Shown piece by piece: positions 51,261 to 64,000 of a stretch of 64,000 bases of DNA. Origin of the DNA: Octopus vulgaris (Eukaryota). Each line of letters opens with the position of its first letter. Positions within the stretch are counted from its first letter, which is position 1. Below the pieces are notes generated by a model. That model saw only the letters and a program-made list of their open reading frames with translations, was not told where the DNA came from and did not search any database. The stretch covers positions 82,770,001-82,834,000 of the forward strand of contig OX597819.1 of NCBI GenBank assembly GCA_951406725.2, written 5' to 3'. The position numbers and the translations under genes were made by a program.

Positions 51261-54200
51261 CAGAGAGAGAGAGAGGGAGGAGAGAAGGTGAGAGAAAGTG
51301 AGTGATACATATATCAATGATGATGTTTGTTTGACTTGAAACAACATAACCATTTCTCCCCAAATATTTTTACAAATTCACTCACAACCCCAAAATCAGG
51401 CCACAATAGTGCACAAAAGAAAGATCTCAGGAATCAAGACTGCTTGGGTAAACCAGGGAGGATTTAAGAAAAGAGATGTTGAAAGACTGAAAGTAGTAAT
51501 AAAGTTGTAGCAGAGTAGCAGAAATGTTGCCAGTTTATGTAATATCAAGCACTGTTTTTCTTTTTTTTTCATTTTCAATTTCTCTCTGTATCTTTCTTCA
51601 GTTCTCTTCTTCCTCTCTCCGCTCTACTATAATTCTTTCTCTCTTCCTCCCTCTTTCCCCTTCTCTCTCTCTCTCATTCATACACACACACATATGCACA
51701 CATACGAACAAATAACATACATGTGATTTCTCATTCATAGCTATTAAAATTCCTTATTTGAAAACCATATCTTTGAAAAGTTAGTATGCAGTTTCAAATA
51801 CTATGGAAGGTGGAAAATTATTTCATCTTTAATATCACTTCTTGTTTAAATGTTTTGCGTGTGTGTGTGTGCTTGTTTGTCTGTATGTGTTTGTATGTCT
51901 GTGTATATATGTGTGTTTGTGTGTGTATTTATGGGAGTGAGTATCCACGTTTGTGCATGTATATAAACATCATATATGTATTCACACATATCTCTCATAT
52001 ACGCACACACAACACACACACACATGTATATAAATATATATATATAAATCCTAAGGTTACCTATTCAGAGGTGAGGTAACTTTCAGAACTCAGAGTATTA
52101 AAACAAAGTGTTCACATGTTTTATTCAAATAATGAATGCAACAAAAGGTGTTGTATCACTTGAGAACCGATCAGTCCCTGATATGGTGTCAGTTTGGTAG
52201 CGAGTGTCTGTGAATGATGAATCCAATGGCAAGAGAGGTTAAAACGATCAGAGAACTTTGGTCTAGGGATGAGTATTGGAGTTGTTTCTCTAGACCGACA
52301 GGAGCCTACGATATAATGAGACATTTATCCATTTTACAATGCTCCTGCTGTTCATAGCTGTTACTTGTTCCTTCTGCTATACCAGTTCCCAGATGAGTGA
52401 ACTGAGCCATTTCAATGCTAAATAATGTGGCCTTGGTTATCAAAACACAGAGCCAATAATAGAACATGAACAGCTGAATTCTGTTGCTGGTAGTTTATTC
52501 TATCCACTTAGATGAGTGTGCTTTTATTTATATACATATGTGCATGTAGGCACATGTATGTATTTGTGTGTGTGTGTGTTATGTATAGTTCTATAGTATC
52601 ATTAACTTTCATTATTTTTTCTTCTTCTTATTTCTTTTGCTCTGTTTCCTCATTGTATCTTGCTTCAGCTGTTCAGTCATACACTATATTTCTCTTCCCA
52701 TCTCTCTACTCTTTTCTCCTTCTTATCATCATCATTGTCATATATATAATGATGTTTCGTGTTGATAAATGAAATATAATCAAATTATGACACAGCCTGA
52801 TATGTATTTTTATATAAAATAAAATAAGCTTTTTTACTAACTACTTCAACTATGTAAAACAGCTGCAACATATTCCTAAACCCTAATTAATTATATTCTC
52901 AAAAAACAGTAATATTAAAATTTTTTTCTACATCATTGATTATAATAGACAAGCTAAAGCACTTAGGTTATATTAAGGAGTAAATAACAAAAGGAAAACA
53001 TGTTTTTATTACTCTTTTGTCACAGTTTATCTCAGTAATTTATTTTGTAATAAAAACCAAAACTCTAAATCATAATTTGGATATCAACCTTATTAAACCT
53101 TTAGAAGCAGTATATTTAAGAGTTAGTAACATATCTGTATTGTCTTTTAGACTTGAATAGATGTAGCTGTCAAATCCACTACTAACACTCCCTATTATCT
53201 TTACAATGATGGCTGGTTTCTTTTAACATCCTAAAGTAGGTCTATACTAATGATGGGATGATTATAGATAGCGCATATATAAATACTATATTTATATATA
53301 TGCACTCATACATACACATTGACAAATCACAACACAAAAGACATGATTTCATGACTGGCTCTCTATTTTCAGGAAATTTGGCTAATATATCATTTATCAA
53401 CAGAAATTTACCTGTGCCATAGTTTCATAAATTGCAGCTTATTTAAGGATCTGGACTATAACATACATTTAATATTTAATATCACCACTGAATTAGCTTA
53501 ATGAATGCTATTAAATGAATAAGGTTATATGCTATTTCTCTTCAGTAGTCATCTGCTCAATCCCATAGGAAATCTTATCAAGTTCTTGTAAAAATTAACA
53601 CTTCTTCAGAATCTAGTTTGAAAACTATTATATGTGAAGCTCAATAAAGCCATCAGATATTAAACACTAACATTCTAGACACCACATTCAACTTGTTAAT
53701 GCCATTCACAAAATACAATGTTTATTAATGAAGCACAGAAACAAGTAAACACTCTAGCAGACCAATTTATCATTTCACTAAAATATGGAAAACATGGATT
53801 TAGCTTACAAAAATTACAGATTAGACTGAAATTCTCAGTTACAAATCATAACAAATTATAAATTCTTCAAAACAATATTTTTCCCCTGACCATCATTAAG
53901 GGCAACATACACATAGACACATACACACACATATTGTTGGTGAAGGTGATTGTTTTTCTTTCACTTCAAGTTTCTCCTTTGAGGATGGCTAACTCAGCAA
54001 GGAACTTAACAGAAAAGTAATCAACATTGATAACATCATTTATCTACAAGATATATTTAGTATTCTTATTTTTGTTTGTAGTACTACTTGCAGATAATAT
54101 ATCATCATTATTTTCAAGTGCACTTCCTTTGCTGGTATAGGTTAGATGAGTTGTTACACTCAGAGTCATTTCTCATTCAGAGTTACTGTCCTCTTAGGCA

Positions 54201-55789
54201 GGTCAGAATACATCTTGCTCATACATTCCCATTAATTTCTACAGCTAGATACCATTTTTAATACCAACCATTTTAAAGAGTGTACTAGATGTCTTTTATC
54301 AAAGCACCAAAATTAGTGAGATCATCATGCCCCTATATATATGTGTGTGTGTGTATTCAACATCTTTCTCACCATTTTATATTTGTTTTTCTATGCCATC
54401 ATATGTTCACTGGTCTCAACCATTGTGACTCTTCATCTGACATACACAACAACACATAAAACCTTCTAACAAGAGGTAATTCTAGTTCATTCCATTATAA
54501 TATATGCGCCCAATATATTCTTAAAGCATATACTTATTTCACAACTTTTCCATGATGCTGTCATCTCTTCAGAAGATTCATTCATGCTTTTAGATTTTAT
54601 TTTTACTTTGACTTATCCTGCAGAAAGTTGTGCTCATCTGAATCTGTTAATTTTCTAGGAATTTTTTCCTGTTTCTTATACTTATTTGTAGTATAGTGCG
54701 AAGTCAGCCTAAGAACCTTTCTATTTCAATACATTGATTTGATGTTTGTCAATGACTTTGATTTTTTCCCCTTTTAACCTTTCATTCCTATTTTGAAAGT
54801 AATGGGGAATGTCTTGGGACTAGATCTCTTGGTTGTGCAAGCCAAGATAATATGATCCTACAAATATTTGATCTCAAAGGAAAGTTACCTGTCATGTAGC
54901 ATGCAATATATCTTGAAGCAAAGACAGAATAGAACACCCTATGTTGATACCATCAATATTTTGGGGCACTATAGGTTGAAAATTCTCCAAAGTATATCAT
55001 TTAGCTGCAAGTTCTCATCAGTTGATATGCTTTTGTGTGATTTAAATTTATGTTCTGAATATAACAAATACATACATTGCTATTCAAAATAGGTTTTGAA
55101 ATGAATTATTCAGTAGATTGTAAAAAGTAATAAGGAGACAAGACATGTATTTCAATTTGCCTGAAAATTTTGAAAGACAGCCACTGACAACTCTGGTTCA
55201 TTATAGTGTAGAGAAGTGCATCCATTACTATAAAAAAAATTATGTATCAAAATTTCTACCAAAAACTTTTGTTATAAGACATATGATATTATACTTAAAT
55301 ATACTTAGAGGTAACATATGATGAGATGTGTCATTAGCTTTAACTGAGAGTAATCTAATTCAGTTTAAAGTGTTTTAAATTATATTGGAGAAAGGGTTTA
55401 GAACTGCTTTTAAACATTGCAATGACTCTGTAAATATGAAATTTACATTGATAGAGAGGAAATGTTTAGAAAATGAACCAAACAGGCACCTCTATTTAGA
55501 TGATCAACCAGCCATTGATAGCAGGCATATATGAAACAAATCATACCTTAGTATCATTTAAAAAAGCAAGTACTTATCAAGTAATGTGGTCCCTGATCTA
55601 TAAAAAGATAGGATGATCCAGGATGACTTGAGATTAAATAACTGAAAATAATGTTTCAACTTTGCCTTTAAAATTGGTGCCCTCTAGGAAGGTCTGGATA
55701 ACCTTTACAGAATTTTTCACTATAAAAATCATTTCTAGGATGAGTATAGCTAAAGTAAGGACAACTTCACCATACCTGTCTGGGGACTC

Positions 55790-55960
55790 AGAATGCAAAG
55801 AGCATTTTGTCCAGTGCTCAAACAATTATATCAGTCCACACCCCTGAGCTGATAGTTTATTTGACTCTGGTAGGACAAAAACCAAATTTAACCCAGGCAG
55901 GATTTTAACTCAGAGTGTAAAACCCAGAACCAATATCATAAGGCATTTTGTCCAATTTTT
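55790..55960 (-). mobile_element. Degenerate tRNA-SINE (second family)
   Basis: aggacaaaaaccaaatttaacccaggcaggattttaactcagagtgtaaa...aaggcattttgtcc resembles the 7560-7650 copy. Confidence 0.55.
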
Positions 55961-58900
55961 GCCTTCCATGCTAGAATGAGTTGTACAGCTTGACAGGAGT
56001 TGGCAAGCAAAAGGACTGTGCTATACTGTTCTGTCTGCTTTAGCATGATTTCCACAGTTGGATGGCCTTTCTAAAACCAACCACTTTACAGACTGTATTG
56101 GGGGCCTCTTTTTGTGGCACCAGTACCAGGAATATTATATAGGAAAAGGAAGCATTGCAACACAGATTATTATGAATGTTAGAACACTTGTAACTGTTGT
56201 CAATGAGCAAGAGCTGAAATGCAGATGAACAATAGCAAGAAGCATTTGAATAAAATACTTTAAATAGATATTTTGAAGAATGGATATTGACCTTTCACAT
56301 TGATCTAAAACCTGAAATCTGAATACAAATAGAATAAACCAAGTTTCGTGTAAATCGAACTAGTGGTTATTAAGAGATTGAGGGTATAAATACCCAAAAC
56401 AGTGCATAATGGGAAAATACTCTGAAAATAACTTAACCCTAGAAGGGAAGAAACTCTAACCTTTCCATTTGACACATTATGATGGGCAAAATATTTTTAA
56501 GTGAAAATTACAGTAAACATTTTGTAAAGGACCTGTTCATAGCCTTGGTGTGAAATAGTTTCTTCCATAGGTTTCTTTCAAGTGCATTTAACGTATCTCA
56601 CCTCCAAAGATTTGGTTGCTTCTTCAAGCACACCCTGCTACCACAGCTAGTTGCGATAAAGGATCCAAAATACTTGTTACATGGTAGCAGGGCATGCAAG
56701 AAATAACAACCAAATCTTTCCTTTACGTGTGATTTTGATGTCACATTCGTTGAAAGCATGCAAAATAACCTGGAAAGAAGAAAAGCACATGAAATGAAAC
56801 CCTATTGCTGAGAATCTCAGACTTTCCCAGTATCTTGAATTATTGGTGACCCAACAGGTCATGGGTTGCCTTGTATTTTATAAAATCTAGGTAGATGTGT
56901 GACAGAGTCAAAACCGAGCAAAATTTGAACTTCAAACACAGATATAAAATCAGTTATTATAAAACATTTAGTCTGATAAATAAACGATTCCATTTCCTTT
57001 TCTAAGGGATATAAATATAATAATGAAGGTGTGAAGATTTAGTAGTAACAGAGAAATAGATAGAAGTAATTGCAAATAGAATAATATTGCTTAGGTTATT
57101 GGTATACAATGTTGACTACAATAATTTCATACACTTGATACATACCAAGTTAGACTTGCAAAAAGCCTAAAACTCAAGAAAACTATGAAAAGTTACACAA
57201 GAGTAAATTAAATAAAAATCATAATCACAAATAGAAATTCCAGTATGTATATGTGTAAATGTCAAGGTGGTTCTATAATAAACCGAGAAGTTATATCCAT
57301 AACAAAAGAAATGTTTTTGACACCAATTCAGAAAGCCATTAAAGCAAATCATGTGAATTAAGAGTTGTATTGACTTTATTCTGACTAGAGAGTGAAAAAA
57401 AATGATCATAGTCACTAGCTACAATATTATTTTGTTTTGTATTAAAAGGTAGAACTGAGTATTGCAATTTTTAATAAACACAAGAAACAACTGAAGAACT
57501 TTGGAATTTGCTTTGTGAAATAAACTATAACCACATATGAAGATGTTTTGTACTAGAGATGTGATATTTCTAACAAATAAGACAAACAATTAAACAACTT
57601 TGAAAGTTGCAATATGAAACAAACTAATGAGTCAGACATTTTATATTTATGGTCATGAATGATGCAATACAACTTTTAAAGTACTATATGATAGTATGAA
57701 GTAGTTGAATGAATCTTTGGAATAAAGTGATTATATTAGATCATGTAAATTTGATATTACAGATGAGATTACAATGAATACTGCAATATAGAAATATTGT
57801 TGCAGCAGAAAAGCTGAATGAAGAAAATATTGAACTAGTTACTCATAGGTCATAAATTCAAATTTATTATAGGCAAGCAAAACATTGTCTTATTCTAAAT
57901 TGCCTCACTTCACTTAGCTGTCAAAATTGTGTACCTCTTATACCTAGGATTTCTTTTTCCCTTGGTAGACAGGCATCCTATCCTGAATGATACTTATGTC
58001 TGATCCATCTCATTCAATGAAGTGAGAAGTAAGCACCAATTATTGAAAGTTCTTTCAGTTGATCAGAAGCATCCATATTTTACATTTTGCCTTGAAATAT
58101 TTTGTTCTTCAGATGTCTCAAAATATGTCTATTATAGAGAAACAATCATCAGTTATAACCACCATAGCAATGGTAGATTAATGTGAAAGTTGGTTTTGAT
58201 ATTAACAAATAGGTTAACAATATCATGGAGAAACATCTGCTGCATATTGAACAAGTTATTGTTTTAATTAGTATAAAAGTTTTATCAGTTATCACTGATA
58301 TCAAACGATTCAATCTTTCTGTGTAATTATTATTATACTATCATCTTCATCATTGTTGTTTGGATCGATTAATAAGGCTGAATCTTTCTGCCTATCTTCA
58401 ATTTCCACCATCTCATCTTTGTGATTTAACATTTTCATACCTTGACCAAATCCCCTCTCCTCGCAAGTTATTTTTTTGTCTACTTTCACCATAAGTGTTC
58501 ATCACCATTAACTCTTTGTACCAGCTTTCTGTCAGAAATTGGGCAGCTATGACCAAATTTATTTAAATAATCGTTATTGGTATTCATATTTCGCTGACTT
58601 TTTGTTTTCATTTGAGCCAAATGCTTCATAAAAGTTAAAAGAAAGTTGTCTTCATGTTAGTAAAAAATGGTATTTACTAACTCCTATATAAATTTCATTC
58701 ACCTCTTTTCAAAACTTTAATGCCTGCTATATTGCTTGTTTTGCTGGAATTATGGATTTATTTACTAAAACATATTAGTGGGGGCCAAAAGTTCCTATAA
58801 TTAATATAATTTACCAAATGATAAAACACATTTGGGAAATTTTAGCTAATATTGAATTTCTTATATATTGGTTGATTGTGAAGGCTGCAAATCATCAAAT

Positions 58901-60511
58901 CAAAAAAAGTATTTAGAATAACAGGTCCTTAGTCTGATTAATAAGGTTGTATCACTAACATTATATGCTAATGTTTATAAAAATAATTATGAAGAATAAC
59001 CTTTAATAAAGTCATTGCTACACAAGTTTCGCAACAGAACCTATATGTAGCTAGTTGAACTACTTGAACTAGCAGCCAAATCTATATCAAATTTCACTGC
59101 CAGAGTCTTCAAAACATTCAATAATGTGATCCAAGTTGTGCAATGCCCTATCATGGCTTATAAGGCTTCTCAGCCAAGTTAAGTTAATCTGGAGTTAAGT
59201 AGTAGCAGCACTTATAAAGAGATCTAAATATCCTATAATATCAATCTACCTGACCCAATGATGGAGCTTCTCTGTAGACACTTGACCTACTAGAAATGTC
59301 AACCAAATCACCGTCAAATATTGCCCTTGGGCCTTAAAAAAGGACATATTAGATAATGCAGTCATAGATACATTACATCTATCTACAACCCCTTGGTCTT
59401 GTGCCTGCTTCATCAGGGCTGGCACAGCAACAACAAGGTATCAATCTACTATGTTGATTATTATTCAGTTGATTGTGAGATTCTTTTGAATGACTGACCA
59501 ATTTACTATCAGAATTAATCACCTTTTATCCAAAATATCACTCAAATTGTTATTAAATGAGACCACATCACAAACACTAACTATATTGCATGGTGTACAT
59601 TAAGGTTTAGCATTGGGAACCAATCCTCTTTGATACTCATTTTTTCCATTACATTCTGTAGCATTAATATTTGTGTTTCAATTTGCACATTAACACTGAC
59701 AGCTATCAAGTCATTGATACATTCCACATCTTCACATCTGCACAAAATTCAATAGTAATTTTCCAGTCATTATTAAAGTTATCAATAAATGGAAATATAA
59801 TTGCTGTCTCCAACTAAATCTGACAAAATTTGCTATAATTTTGTTGTTTTCCTCTTGGGACCATACTGAATCTATTATTGGAAGATCTATCTTTGTGGTA
59901 GAGACTTTCATATAGCCTATAAGTGTTATATTACATAAATACATGGCCTTTAGCCAGCATATCAATCAGTTGATCAATCATTCATGTATGCCAGAAGTGA
60001 TATTTGTTTATTCTGTTTTGTCTTTTTTAAGAAACAGAATATTTCTCTCACAGTATCAGACTAATATTGTTGTTGACTCTATTGTCATCTCTAAAGTTAA
60101 CTGTTGTAAGTCACTCCTCCTCTCATGGCCTTTGAAAAAGCATCACAAATTAAAAGCTGTAAAATAATTCTGCTCTGTTTGCCAGGATTTCTTTGCTACT
60201 AATAATGGAGTGTGTAATAACAATAATTTGCTTTTACTACCCTGTGTTGCTACTGAGAATACTGGCACCAGCTTCTGACTGGATGAAAGAACAGAATCTC
60301 AGCAATGAAAATGTTTATCATAATCATCATCTGCATCATAAAATAGCATTATATAAAAGACATAAAAAATTATTGTCGTTATCGAAATAGATGAATAGCA
60401 ATATCTTCAGTTAACAAAGTAATTCTACTTCAACATATTTGGAAATTACAAAATTCGAATTTATAAACTGATACAGAAAATTGAATGCACTCATGAAATT
60501 ATTTACTTACT

Positions 60512-60762
60512 AGTTCCATCCATCCATTTTTACTACTCGCTGTTCATGGGAGGGTCATGGGAGTAGAGCTCTCAGGCACCTCTCCATAGGATCCTATCAG
60601 AACTATCTGTCTTTAAAGTTTCCTACTTGTTTCCCAAGCATGACCAAGTGAGACTATGGTTATTATGCAACCATCTTTCTTATGGTCTACCTCTAGGTCC
60701 CTTGCCAGTTGGCTCAACTTGAAAAATCTGTTTTGCGATTCTTTCCTGTGGCATTTCCAGTA
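60512..60762 (-). mobile_element. 3' end of an RTE/RTE-X LINE with a short (GGAT)n tail
   Basis: Minus strand: EMPQERIAKQIFQVEPTGKGPRGRP*ERW...LTWSCLG...DRILWR, the G.RPRGRP..RW C-terminal signature of RTE-clade LINEs. Confidence 0.8.
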
Positions 60763-63700
60763 GTCAATATCTAAATATACTTACCTTAAATTTGTTTTAA
60801 TAACCTATTTGAAATACCATCTTAAATATATGTTCATTTCATGTGCCATTGAGGTATCCTTTACATGGTCACTGAGCCTGTTAGAAATAATAGCAAAATT
60901 ACCCCTCAGTCACATACTACCCTCTTTTAAAAAAGGAAGGATACACAGGATATATATATGGGAGATACTCTGCCTGAAAAATAAATGCTGGTATAGCCAT
61001 ACTTTGAAAACTTTTTATCATAAACCAGCTTTGACTAAACAATAACATTGTTCATCATTTCAAAAATGTTCTATTTTGTTAATTTATAAATATTTGTTGC
61101 TGTGTCCATGCCAGCATGACAACAAATGTTAAATGATGATGATGATGATGTGTCTGCCTTAATGTGTACATTTTGATATATATATATATATATCGCATGT
61201 GTGTGTATTGTCTATAAAGATCCAATTTTATAAAAGTTCTTACCACTGGACTCATTGGCATTAAATGAACTAAATTAAATAACTTCTCCAGTTTCTTTCA
61301 ATACAATGTACAGGTAATACTCCTAAAAGATCAGCCCGCTTATTCCAAACAACTATGTGAATGAAGGCAAGTTATTATGTTTGTAATGGATTTTAAGTCT
61401 CAAAACATGTACTATTTCTCCAATATCTTATCCATTTACTCACTTAGCCTGCATACACATATACATACACAACCACAAGGCAATGGTATTATTATTGATC
61501 TTATGATTATCTTAGAATCAAGGGTTTCTAATGCAAAATTTGTTTCTTAATTTCCTGTGAAAAGCAATAAAAGATTGATTCAGAGAATAGATTTAAATAA
61601 CCAGATAAGAAATGCAGTGTAATTAACTGGTCAAAGAGCTAACTAGCATAATGCTCTGTGTGTTTAATCCTTTAATATACTTCAATGTAGCTAGATAACA
61701 GATGATACCAGAGATATTTAGTATCATTTATATAATTACCTAATGTAAATCTCTTAAAATTTAGAGACCATTTTAAAAGTATTCTCTTAACTCATACAAT
61801 AGATATTATTTTCTGTTAAGAAACTTGGAAGAGTAATATTATAGATAGAGCCAGAGTTATTTTGTAAGAAGTAGATCCCAACTCATTATTATATTGAATT
61901 TAAGAGATGGAAGCAGGGTGTGTGTGTGTGTATGTGTGTGTGTGTGTGTTGTATGTGTGTTTATGATTTTATACAGAAAATCATGGAAATGTTTATTGCA
62001 TATTTTTATGCGTATATCTATACACAAGTATATTAATAAATATATGCTCATTTAACTCAGCAGATTCTAGTGCTCATCACCAGATTAATTCAATAAACCA
62101 ATGTAGAAGACAACAATGAAAAGGGAGGGAGTATAGGAAGCAAATAACAAAAGAAGTGATATAAGGATACTTAATGTAAGACCGAGACAAATACAGAATC
62201 TGTTATTTTGAAGCATTAAAGATATTAAAGGGGAGAAATTGAGAGCATAAGATGAAATTTTAGGCAATGAGAGAGAAAGATTTGGTACAAAGTTCCAAAT
62301 CTTTTATAATTTTCAAGATTGTGGTGACTAGATTTTCTTGGACAACTGAACTTTCTCAATATCAAGTTCCCTCTGGAAGCAGCTATTATTTTGTACCTAA
62401 ACACTAAGAATGTTCTCTCTTTCCTTTGCTTCCTAAACTACCTATGCTCTATGAAGAACAAAAAATACATTCAAAGAATTTCCCCGGATTGTAATTAATT
62501 TCATCTTGAATTATAAAGAAATGTTTCTTTTTGTAATTAATAAGTTATAGATTAAATCATACAGAAGATGTTTTTAAAAGAATGAAATAGTTCTATTCAT
62601 GATAACCTCTAAATGGAAATTCTAAGAGCTTTGTAATGGGTAAAGAAATTAAATACATGAACTCTATGCATCTTCTTTCCATTCCTTAATTTCAAATTTA
62701 AATTTTGGATTTTGTCTTGTTTTGTGAGGGGACGGTAATCTCTCTGTTATTAACAGCCACAGACAGAGGGAACCACATGTAAATTCATTATACTTAACTG
62801 GGTCTCATTAAGAATTTACCTGTTTTAATTTTCCCTGTTTTATTGATGTGATATTGTTTTAATTTCATTCTGACTTTTATATATTAAACCATAGCACATC
62901 ATAACCTTCATAACTCTATTAATGTTCTGAAAAACTTGAATTTTCACTTTCAGATAACAATTTTTATTTATATGTTATACAACATATTATGTTTTATACA
63001 AACTGTATACAACATTTATATTTACAATGTATTATTACAAACCTTCCCTATTGTGCTTGTAGAAACCATTGTATAGAAGCTCTTATTGGGGTACTGAAAC
63101 TTCAGCATTTTGTCCAGTTTATTTACTTTCAATGCAATACATTTAACTGTGAGTGTAAATATGTTCACTTACACATGAACATATATGTGTGCATATATTC
63201 TGGATTTAAAAATAGGAAATTTTTATTTTTCTCTATCACTCTAATGGCATTCACATATTTTCTGGGTGCATGTAAAAACTATAAAGGCACAAGTCATGTG
63301 TAACAAGTCAAATAATTTTGTATTGTATGGAGTTATAGTTTTACTGTTATTCCATGTAAGTTGTAGTTCATTTCTCAGCTATTAGGATTTTTAAGGACTA
63401 GAATTCAATTTTTACTACTTTAATATTTTTTATCTATTTTTTTTTAATGATTTTGTGTGAAATAGTTATATAGTTTTCCAAACTATTCATAGTTTGCATT
63501 TGAGAACTTTATAAAAATATAAGGTAGTCTTTGCTAGAATTGAATTGTTAAGAGTCTGCTTAGAATTGTGTAAATTTCACCAATATATAACACATTATGA
63601 CATTTGCTGCTGTCATGTGGGAAATAAATGTCTGATTTTTTTAAAAATAAATTTTATGTTATTTTCAATACTTTTTACAGAAAACTACCAGATATGTTTC

Positions 63701-64000
63701 ATATATCATACAAAATAGTATTGTAATAGTATTTTGGCAAAGAGATAAGTTCAGATGATATTTTATACCTAGAATATTTTTGGAATTAATATCATAAGTG
63801 GCTCTGGTTTTTTCCAGTAAATATAGTATATGTTATATGAATTTTTATTTCATTTTTATTGATATTTTCCATAGTTAGCATTATGTATAAGCACTTATTT
63901 GTATTTCTCATATATCATGAAATGCTATTGCAATGTATCTGCTCATTTTAATATGAATTTTATTGCGAATTCTTTATTGTATACTGTATATAAATATATA

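Noticed and set aside
52121-52370. CpG-containing stretch with short ORFs on both strands
   Set aside because: No recognisable protein motif or convincing pair of splice sites. It may be an unrecognised repeat.

Overview
AT-rich, microsatellite-dense eukaryotic non-coding DNA. The SINE families and repeat landscape look like a coleoid cephalopod (Octopus), which is my recognition and not a database match. No intact protein-coding gene is recognisable, and nearly all listed ORFs are microsatellite translations. The window reads like a long intron or intergenic region with many tRNA-derived SINEs, a full-length decayed mariner transposon interrupted by a SINE, a mariner MITE, RTE and R4/Dong LINE fragments, a 5S rRNA copy and several long inverted repeats. 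Four observations stand out. (1) At least six minimal hammerhead-ribozyme-like motifs of the Penelope type occur, two of them in a palindromic tRNA-headed element flanked by a 14-bp direct repeat. (2) A candidate recursive-splicing site (polypyrimidine-CAG|GTAAGA) is followed 271 nt later by a second CAG|GTGAGA. (3) A 5S rRNA copy sits directly in front of a tRNA-SINE head. (4) Several 100-500 nt fold-back structures could form dsRNA.
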